From the NCBI GenBank assembly GCA_902796285.1, contig CADBOH010000050.1, positions 1-30,390 on the forward strand: a stretch of 30,390 bases of DNA. The letters are read 5' to 3'. A model generated the notes under the pieces. The model saw only the letters and a program-made list of their open reading frames with translations, made no database searches and was not told where the DNA came from. A program made the position numbers and the translations under genes. Origin of the DNA: an uncultured Eubacteriales bacterium (GTDB lineage Bacteria; Bacillota; Clostridia; Christensenellales; UBA1242). Shown here piece after piece: positions 1 through 8,000 of the stretch (the stretch's first letter is position 1; each line of letters begins with the position of its first letter).

Positions 1-26
1 GACGGACGGCTCAGTTTTTCTCTTAA

Positions 27-57
27 CCCCAAAAATCTTACGATTTTCAGGGGCCCC
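27..57 (-). other. GC-clamped hairpin with GTAA (GNRA) loop, part of a structured intergenic element cut by the window edge
   Basis: Minus strand reads GGGGCCCC-T-GAAAATC-GTAA-GATTTTT-GGGG. CCCC/GGGG and GAAAATC/GATTTTT pair around a GTAA tetraloop. Confidence 0.45.
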
Positions 58-64
58 ATTATTT

Positions 65-87
65 GAGGCTATACTGCCTCGGTTTTT
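65..87 (+). terminator. Possible intrinsic terminator for a plus-strand transcript from outside the window
   Basis: GAGGC-TATACT-GCCTC stem-loop followed by GGTTTTT. Confidence 0.35.
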
Positions 88-105
88 ATTAAAAATTCAT
101 TAAAC

Positions 106-138
106 AAAAAATTGGCCTTCAAAAAAGCCAAATTTTTT
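106..138 (-). terminator. Probable terminator of the ychF-metG operon
   Basis: TTGGC/GCCAA stem flanked by A and T tracts, about 20 nt after the metG stop. Confidence 0.5.
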
Positions 139-159
139 ATATATAATTGATAATGTTTT

Positions 160-2169
160 TTAATTTTCCTGTTTTTTTGCAAGCAGGTCAAGTTGATATT
201 GATGACGCTTAAAGAAATCTTCCTTTTCTTTTAGGAAAGTGAGTTTTCTTGCACGTTTTTCATCAAGAACATCATAGAAAGGCAAGAAAATATTATTCCA
301 GTCAAAGCATTTTTCTTTGTTTAACCCGATATAGTCAGCCACGTTTTCTGTTCCGCTTGGTGCAATAGGGTGGAGAAGTATGTTTGCAACAAAAATTCTT
401 TGAAGAGTGTTTGCTGTAAGATTTGCTAAGTTTTCAGGAGTTGTTGCATTGTTAATTTCTTTTACCCAACACTTGTTGATGTTTCTAACAAACACATCAA
501 GAGCATTGTATACTTGATGGAATTTTTTATCATACATAAATCTTTCAACATCGAGGATTGTTTTTTTACATTCTTCCATTGTTTGTTGTGATATTTCTCC
601 GTTTGGGATAATACCATCAAAGTTGTTTTGAGTAGAGTAGAAAACCGTACGAAGAATTCTGTTGTAAACATTTGTAAGCAAATTACCTTCACTAACCATA
701 GGATCTAAATCGTCTTCTTTTGCCTCAGGATCGAAAACTTTTGGGGCGAGAGAAACGTTGTTGTTAGTTAAGTTCATGGCAAGAAAGTGCATTCTAAACT
801 GTTCTGGAGTGTAATATTTTAAAAACTCAGTTGCCATAGGTGGTTTAAGAGAGCCAGACGAACTAGCTTTTTGATTCATATATAAAATCGATTTAATTGG
901 ATTGATTTTTGTTATTTGAAGTTGACCTTCATCTGCATCGAGTTTTGGCTCTTTGCCTTGCATATATAGGAAAAGTGCTTGTTGCGCTGGGCCATAGAAA
1001 TAAAGATTGTCTTCGCCTAAGAACTGATACACCTTTGCATTTTTGCTACACCAGAATTTTTTCCACTCATTTTCTTCTTTGCCAATGCTTTCAAGATAAG
1101 CTTTTGTAAAGGTGATTGGAGCCCATAAGCTTTCTGGCCAAACGTAGAAAGTTTGATCCTTTATTCCATCTATTTCTGGGCATGGAACACCCCAAGATAT
1201 ATCTCCTGTCAATCTAAATGGAGTAAGTGTTTTTCCCGTTCTGTATCTAATATCATTTTGAGCTAGTATTTCACATGCTTTTTCTCTTTCTTCAAGTTTT
1301 TCAAAAACAATTGTCATGCTTGGTGCTTTTTCGTTGCGTTCAAGTTCAGTAAATTGTGGCAATTTGTCTTTTACACGTTCAAAAGCATCAAAAAATTCGC
1401 GTTTGATGTAGATTTCCGGTTTTTTAAAGAATTCTTTAATTTCTTTAACCATAAATGATGGGGTATCACTGTTTCTTGCAATTGAGTCAATCCACTCAGA
1501 AAGGATAGGAGTACATTTTTCAAGGTCAAAATATAGATTTTCAATTTTTTTGAGTTTTGGAGTTTCTCCACTCAGTGTGCTAATTGGATTTATTAAATCC
1601 TGTGGGAGATATTGATGCCCAAGATCACACTCATCTGCGTATCCCTTTTCACTTTGGCAGCCTTCAATAGGGCATTTTCCAACAACCTGGCGTCCATTAA
1701 GCAGACAATCAAATTTTTCATCATAAAATTGCCAAGATGAGTGCACAGAAACCATGCCTGCCTCATGCAATTTTTCAATAAAATATTTGCTTGTTTCTTT
1801 ATGGATTTGTCCAGCACGTCCTATTGCAGAAGCACCATAAAAGTTAAACCCTATTTCAAAATCTTTAAAGATTTGTTTTTGTTTTAAGTGGTTTTCTTCA
1901 ACATAATCGGCGATTGTCTTACCATCAAGTTTGCCTTCTTCCCTAAGTTTTCTATATGACTCCATGGCAGGTGAGCCATAACAGTCTGTTCCAGAAACAA
2001 AAACAACATTATCTTTGCCAATGCGGTCACGCATAAATCTTGCAAAAACATCTGCACGCAAAGTCATGCCAACGTGCCCATAATGCAATAATTTATTACC
2101 ATATGGCATACCAGATGTTATAACCGCTCTTTCAGGGAATTGTGGTCTTGGTCTAACAAAATTTTCCAT
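160..2169 (-). CDS. metG: Methionyl-tRNA synthetase, class I, divergent; no C-terminal tRNA-binding domain
   Basis: ITSGMPYGN...HYGH (HIGH), FVSGTDCYG, knuckle CPIEGC...ECDLGH, YVW, KASSS at the KMSKS position, anticodon-domain NVYNR and C-terminal LHPIAP. RBS AGGAG at 2176-2180. Confidence 0.85.
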   Translation of the reverse strand: MENFVRPRPQFPERAVITSGMPYGNKLLHYGHVGMTLRADVFARFMRDRIGKDNVVFVSGTDCYGSPAMESYRKLREEGKLDGKTIADYVEENHLKQKQIFKDFEIGFNFYGASAIGRAGQIHKETSKYFIEKLHEAGMVSVHSSWQFYDEKFDCLLNGRQVVGKCPIEGCQSEKGYADECDLGHQYLPQDLINPISTLSGETPKLKKIENLYFDLEKCTPILSEWIDSIARNSDTPSFMVKEIKEFFKKPEIYIKREFFDAFERVKDKLPQFTELERNEKAPSMTIVFEKLEEREKACEILAQNDIRYRTGKTLTPFRLTGDISWGVPCPEIDGIKDQTFYVWPESLWAPITFTKAYLESIGKEENEWKKFWCSKNAKVYQFLGEDNLYFYGPAQQALFLYMQGKEPKLDADEGQLQITKINPIKSILYMNQKASSSGSLKPPMATEFLKYYTPEQFRMHFLAMNLTNNNVSLAPKVFDPEAKEDDLDPMVSEGNLLTNVYNRILRTVFYSTQNNFDGIIPNGEISQQTMEECKKTILDVERFMYDKKFHQVYNALDVFVRNINKCWVKEINNATTPENLANLTANTLQRIFVANILLHPIAPSGTENVADYIGLNKEKCFDWNNIFLPFYDVLDEKRARKLTFLKEKEDFFKRHQYQLDLLAKKQEN

Positions 2170-2172
2170 TTT

Positions 2173-2766
2173 TTACTCCTTATTTTCCTTTAAAAACGAA
2201 AGTTTATTCTTTATTCTTGTAAGTGCATTGTCAATACTTTTCTTTGAAATATTCATGCTTTTTGAAATTTCATTATAGTTAAAACCCTTTAAATAAAGTA
2301 AAAGCACTTTATATTCAAGGGATGATAACGAAGATTTTATTGCATCAAATATTTCTTTAACCTTTTCTTTTTCAAGAACCTGGTCTTCTGGGAGGGGAAG
2401 TGAAGATGGAACGATTATTTCCACTTCCTCTTCATCATCTTCGTTGTTATTTTTCTCCATAATAGGAAGGGCAGAGGATAAAACCTTGTTTTTTTCGCTA
2501 CTTGCAACTCTTATAGCAGATTGAATTTGATTTCTTATACATGTTGTTGCAAATGTTTTAAATGAAGCATTTTTTTTGTCTTTAAAATTCATGATTGCTT
2601 TATAAAGCCCTATCATTCCTTCCTGCAAAATATCCTCAATATCACCACCAATAAGAAAATAACTACGCGATAGTTTGCTAATCAACGATTTGTATTTTGA
2701 TAAAAGTTCATTAACGGCGTTTTCATCACCATTTTGTGCTTTAATTACAATTTCTTCATCAGTCAT
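2173..2766 (-). CDS. sigH: RNA polymerase sigma factor, sigma-H (Spo0H) family
   Basis: DIEDILQEGMIGLYKAI, ASFKTFATTCIRNQIQSAI and C-terminal HTH KSIDNALTRIKNKL. Lies directly after rlmB, close to the canonical Firmicute order. Confidence 0.88.
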   Translation of the reverse strand: MTDEEIVIKAQNGDENAVNELLSKYKSLISKLSRSYFLIGGDIEDILQEGMIGLYKAIMNFKDKKNASFKTFATTCIRNQIQSAIRVASSEKNKVLSSALPIMEKNNNEDDEEEVEIIVPSSLPLPEDQVLEKEKVKEIFDAIKSSLSSLEYKVLLLYLKGFNYNEISKSMNISKKSIDNALTRIKNKLSFLKENKE

Positions 2767-2773
2767 TTTTCAC

Positions 2774-3496
2774 CTAATTTAACCTTTGTCTAACTACTTC
2801 GAAAACTACAATACCGCAGGCAACGGAGGCATTAAGAGAGTTTACTTTGCCGTTTAATGGGAGGGCAAGAACGCCATCACAATGCTCAATGATTGATTTT
2901 TTTACACCAAACCCCTCTGAACCAATAATTAGTGCAACGTCAATATTTAGATTTTGGCTGTATATTTCCTTTCCATTTGCTTCACAAGCAAACACAAACA
3001 CACCATTATCTTTTAAGTAACTTATCGCATCTTTTAGGTTTGTTACTTTTGCAATTGGCATATTTGCGATTGCCCCAGTGCTTGTTCTTATAACGGTTTC
3101 ATTTACCTGACATGCTCTATTTTTAGGTATAATAATTCCATCAACTCCGGCACATTCGCAAGAACGTATGATTGCACCAAAATTATGAGGGTCTTCAATC
3201 CCATCAAGAAGCACTATAAATGCCTTTTTGCCTTTTTCTTGTGATTTTTTCATAATATCTTCAATGCTTGAATAGTTAAAATCAACTGATTCAGCAATAT
3301 ATCCTTGGTGATGGCCAGTTTTTGATTTTTTATCCAGCACAACTCTTGGCACAAACTCAAATTTTACTTTATGTGCTACTGCCAAATTAATGATTTCATC
3401 TTTTCTGCCTTGATAACTTTTATCAACCATAACTTTATTGATAGTTAAGTTGTTTTCAAAAGCTTCTCTTATCGCGTTTTTTCCTTCAATATACAT
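2774..3496 (-). CDS. rlmB: 23S rRNA (Gm2251) 2'-O-methyltransferase, SpoU/TrmH family
   Basis: YIEGKNAIREA, LDGIEDPHNFGAIIRS, IGSEGFGV and SLNASVA motifs. Confidence 0.93.
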   Translation of the reverse strand: MYIEGKNAIREAFENNLTINKVMVDKSYQGRKDEIINLAVAHKVKFEFVPRVVLDKKSKTGHHQGYIAESVDFNYSSIEDIMKKSQEKGKKAFIVLLDGIEDPHNFGAIIRSCECAGVDGIIIPKNRACQVNETVIRTSTGAIANMPIAKVTNLKDAISYLKDNGVFVFACEANGKEIYSQNLNIDVALIIGSEGFGVKKSIIEHCDGVLALPLNGKVNSLNASVACGIVVFEVVRQRLN

Positions 3497-3507
3497 AATT
3501 TTACCTT

Positions 3508-3900
3508 TTATATGATAGAAATAGAAAAATTTAATATTTCATTAAGTCGATTTTGATCACCTTTCAAGTAGAGGTAACCTATAAGTATTTCAAAACTTGT
3601 TGCGTAGGCGTAATCTGCAGATGTTGCGTTTTTTGCTTGATGTTTTGGCTTTGCGTTTCTGCCACGCTTTACAATCTCAAGTTCCTCTTCATTAAGTAGG
3701 GGGATGAGTGCACCAATAACCTTTGCTTGAGTGGAAGCCTTGCAGTATTTGGCGGCTTCGTTGTGATAGTTATCCATTTTGTTTATACTTTTTTCAAGCA
3801 CTTTTTCACGCACAAAAAGTGTGTGGATGCTATCCCCAATAAAAGCCAGTGGCAACAAGTTTGTCCTTTTCAATTTTTCCAATAATTCAATATTTTGCAT
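3508..3900 (-). CDS. mrnC: Mini-ribonuclease III
   Basis: LAFIGDSI, KRGRNA and YAYATSFEILIGYLYL motifs; 130 aa; directly upstream of rlmB. Confidence 0.92.
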   Translation of the reverse strand: MQNIELLEKLKRTNLLPLAFIGDSIHTLFVREKVLEKSINKMDNYHNEAAKYCKASTQAKVIGALIPLLNEEELEIVKRGRNAKPKHQAKNATSADYAYATSFEILIGYLYLKGDQNRLNEILNFSISII

Positions 3901-3902
3901 AA

Positions 3903-4997
3903 TTACACGTTAAATCTAAAAAGCATTACATCGCCATCTTGAACAACATAATCTTTTCCTTCAACTCTTACTTTTCCTTTTTCTTTTGCTTTTAAGTATG
4001 ATCCTGCTTCCATTAGGTCGTTATAAGAAACAACCTCAGCTTTAATAAATCCCTTTTCAAAATCTGTGTGGATTTTTCCAGCAGCTGCAGGGGCTTTTGT
4101 GCCTTTTTTGATAGTCCATGCTCTAACTTCCTTTTCGCCCGCTGTCAAATAACTCATAAGTCCAAGAAGGTCGTAACTTGCAGTTACAAGTTTCTCAAGA
4201 CCGCTTTCCTTAATTCCAAGTTCTTCCTTAAATACCTCGCGCTCTTCTTGTGGCAAAGAAGCAAGTTCTTCTTCGATTTTTGCAGATAGTGAAATAACCT
4301 TCGCTCCTTCCTTATCCGCAAAATCTTTGATTGCTTTTACAAATTTATTATCTTCTTTTCCAATATCATTTTCACTGATATTTGCAACATAAATAACCGG
4401 TTTTGCAGACAAAAGTTGAAGATTTTTAAGTATTTTAACTTCTTCTTCATCGTTTACTTCAACGCTTCTAGCAGGGAGGTTGTTTTCAAGAGCAGTTTTG
4501 ATTTTTTCCATAAGATTAACGCCAGCTATAAGTGTTTTATCGCCAGTTTTAACGAGTTTTGCATCCTTTTCGTATTTTTTTGTAACCTGTTCTAAGTCTG
4601 CAAGCGCAAGTTCAAGGTTTATGATTTCAATATCACGTAGCGGATCGATAGAGCCATTTACGTGAATAATTTTTTCGTTTTCAAAAGCTCTTACAACGTG
4701 CACAATAGCATCAACCTCGCGAATATGACTTAAAAATTTGTTTCCAAGTCCTTCACCTTTGCTGGCACCTGCTACAAGCCCTGCAATATCAACAAATTCA
4801 ATAGATGCGTGAGTGATTTTTTGTGTGTTGTAAAGTTTTCCAAGATTGTCAAGTCTTTCATCTGGAACGTCAACAATCCCAATATTTGGTTCAATAGTGC
4901 AGAAAGGGTAGTTTGCGCTTTCTGCCCCTGCATTAGTTATTGCATTAAAAAGTGTGCTTTTCCCTACGTTAGGGAGGCCAACAACTCCAATTTTCAT
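3903..4997 (-). CDS. ychF: Redox-regulated ATPase YchF (Obg family)
   Basis: GLPNVGKST, ANYPFCTIEPN, DIAGLV, GKIHTDFEKGFIKAEV and TGS-domain end YVVQDGDVMLFRFNV. Confidence 0.97.
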   Translation of the reverse strand: MKIGVVGLPNVGKSTLFNAITNAGAESANYPFCTIEPNIGIVDVPDERLDNLGKLYNTQKITHASIEFVDIAGLVAGASKGEGLGNKFLSHIREVDAIVHVVRAFENEKIIHVNGSIDPLRDIEIINLELALADLEQVTKKYEKDAKLVKTGDKTLIAGVNLMEKIKTALENNLPARSVEVNDEEEVKILKNLQLLSAKPVIYVANISENDIGKEDNKFVKAIKDFADKEGAKVISLSAKIEEELASLPQEEREVFKEELGIKESGLEKLVTASYDLLGLMSYLTAGEKEVRAWTIKKGTKAPAAAGKIHTDFEKGFIKAEVVSYNDLMEAGSYLKAKEKGKVRVEGKDYVVQDGDVMLFRFNV

Positions 4998-5021
4998 TGT
5001 TTATCCTTTTAAAAACGGCAA

Positions 5022-5051
5022 AAGTTTAACACCAAAAGCGGTGTTAAACTT
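5022..5051 (-). terminator. 12-bp perfect inverted repeat after the LRR giant gene; probable terminator
   Basis: AAGTTTAACACC-AAAAGC-GGTGTTAAACTT, 16 nt after the stop codon; short T run on the minus strand. Confidence 0.55.
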
Positions 5052-5067
5052 CTCCCATTTATCTTAA

Positions 5068-8000
5068 TTATTCTTCGTTTTCTTTATCTTCAGTAATTTC
5101 AGTTTCCTTGTCAGTTTCAACAGTGTATTCTTGTTCGGTAGTAGCAACATTTGCCTCATGTTCCTTGCGAGCCTCATCTCTGCTAAGTTCTACGCCAACA
5201 ATATGTCTAATTCCTTTGATATTTTCAAGAACCTTAGCGACAAATGAGTTGCTTGTGCGTGCTTTTTTCTTTGCTTTTTCTTCGTCTTTAGCCATGTCAG
5301 CACCAGATTTAGCTTTTCGTGCGTTTTCTGTTGCTTTATCAAGTGCATCACGCTGTTCAACCCATTTTTCACCCGTTTTTTCAACTGACTTTTTAAATAC
5401 ACTCTTTATTTGAGAAGAATTTTCTTTGCCCTTAAAGATGTCTTTAATAAATTTAGCGTTATTTTGAAGTCTTGCTTTAAGTCCGTTAAGTTTTTCTGGC
5501 AATTTATCAAATTCACCATTGATAATAAATTTGAATACTTCATCAATTTGCTCATCAGTATAATTAATTTCTTTTAGTCCAAGCACAGCATTGTAGGTTG
5601 TAGAAAGCAAACTATATTGTTCTTCAGTTACTTTCAAGCTCTCAATTGCTGTAACAGTATTTTGATCGAGTTTCTTTGCCTTTTGAGCTCTTTCTTTCTT
5701 AGTTTGTTTTTTAAGTGAACCAAGATATTCTTTAAGGTCGTCTGTTACTACATAAGATTCAAACATGTCAGTGAGCGTATCTTGCGCTAACTCAACAATA
5801 GGTGCAAGTTCTGGATGTTTTGAGAGTAGTGCAGTAGCAGAACCAGATTGAAGTTCTTTGATCACAGCCCTAAGATCCATCTCGCTGATTGATTCATCTT
5901 TAAGCATTTCTTCAAGAGATGCGATTATTGAAAGTTTTACATCAATGACTCTGACTTCATTTATCTGCATTGTGATTTGCTCATCTTTTTCACTTTGAGT
6001 AAGTTTTTTGATGTTTAAATCCATTTCATCATCAACCCCTGCTCGAAGAGTATCAAATACTCTTTGTCCACGTTCAATAGGGTTAATTGTTTTTGTAAGG
6101 TTTGCAAACATTTTTTGTTTTTGCTCATCGCTAGCACCCATAAATTCGGCACTTTCAAGCAATCTAACAATATCTTCAACTTTCATAAAATCTCTTTGCA
6201 AATTGCCTAGACTATAATATTTTTTAAAGTTCTTAGCCATGTCATCAAGCAATGTTTTAAAATTGTGATCATTGCAAAGCGTTAAAAGTTCGTCAAATTT
6301 ATTGTTTACAACCAAACTTTCAAACTTTTTAAATGTCAGTTCAAATTCTTTGAGAATAGAATCGTTTATAACAAGTTGAACTCTTTCTTGCTCATCTGCG
6401 GTGAGTGTAATTTTAGGATCAGATTCTGCTGCATAAAGTTTTTCATAAATCTTTTTATCTAGTTTTTCAATTTCTGCTTGATTGATTTTTATATTAAACT
6501 TCTTGCAAAGATTTTCAAGTATTTTATCATTTGTTAGGGTAGGATCTTTACTCTTTAATTTAGCCATTTCCTCAATAAGCTTGTATCTATCAATTCCAAA
6601 CTTCTTTACAAGATAATCAAATATGTCGTTATATTGCGTATCTTGCTCCTGTTTATCATGTTCAAGATAATATTCATATTGAGTTCTCACAAAGTTACCA
6701 CCATTTACGGCTTCAAGAGGTTTAAGTTTGTTATCCGTTCTTGCTTGATTTAAGTCGTTTAAGTGTTTGGTGTGATCTCCAAATGCTCCTTCAAATCTCT
6801 GTTCAACAGTTTTTCCATCAATTTCTTTGGCATTATCAAGGTTAAATCGCTTTGCAATCTCATCAAATGTAGGTTGATTTGTGTCAACTCTGTCGCTTCC
6901 AATGGCATCACGCAAAGTTGCTGCAAAATCCTCAGCCCTCAAAGATTCTCCAAGATTTGCCATTATTTTTTGCTGTCTTTCTTCACTAAAATTTGATATC
7001 AATGTTTCTTGGCATGATTTTACAAGGCAAGCTTGAGTAAGTGTTTGTGCCGTCTTTTTTAATTCATCCTCAGATAATGCAATCCCAAGATTTTCACAAT
7101 GTTTTTTAAATGCAGCACTACGTATTGCAAAATTAATGTTTGTTGTTTGTTTGTTGTTTCCATTAACTAAATTAACAAAAGCAAGAATTTTAATATAAAC
7201 TTGTCTTTCATCGTTAATTTCATGCATTCTTTGCATTTTTTGGTCTTCATCGTAGCTAGGGTTGCTGTTTACTGTTTCTTCTTCAGCATCGAGGGCTGAT
7301 TTTTTAATGCTAGCAGAAACGCTCATTATTGCAAGATATTCTTTTTCTTCTTTGCTAAATGAGTTTTTTAGTTTTTTGTAAGCCTCGTTATACTCTTCAT
7401 AGTATTTTTCACCCTTGCTTTTAAATTCTTTAAGTTCAAGTCCCAGTTCGCTCTTTATTACATTAAAAGTCGTTTTGATTAATTGTTTGCTTTCTTTAGT
7501 ACTAAATCTATACCAACTTTCATTAACATGGGCACATGCTTTGATTACTTCTGCAAGTTGAGTCTTTTCTGCATTAAGAGATACTTTTTGTTCATCAGAA
7601 GCCGTTTTAACCTCTTCATCTATCTGCTTAATTCTTTCAGTTGCTTCATTTTTAATAAGTTCATAATAAGCAAGATCAGTTGAATAATAGGTAGGATCAT
7701 CCATATCTGGTTGAAGAGTTTGTCCTGGTTCGCCTTGATATAGGTTGTATTGTGTCTCTCCAATATTTTTATTGATATTTAAACTATCAGCCATTGATTC
7801 GATTCTTTCAAATGTTTGAATTAAACCATTCTGGCTATGAGTGATCATTTCGCTGGTTGCATTACCAAGCGCCTCTTCAATTTTTGTGTGCGATTCAACT
7901 TCACTAGAAAAATAATTTTCATTAATTAGCCAGTCGGCAACTTCGGCAGCTCGTGTATCAGCAAGTGCAGCGGCAGTGTATTGCATATTAAAATCAGTTG

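Noticed and set aside
2166-2180. Inverted microhomology between the metG and rpmG start regions (AGGAG..TAAAAAATGG) as an inversion recombination site
   Set aside because: The same AGGAG-A-rich-ATGG pattern precedes secA and rplK, so it is generic RBS sequence and not specific evidence.
5068-5160. Type VII secretion YxxxD/E signal at the LRR giant's C-terminus
   Set aside because: EQEYTVETD has Thr at Y+4, so it does not match, and there is no WXG/LXG domain.
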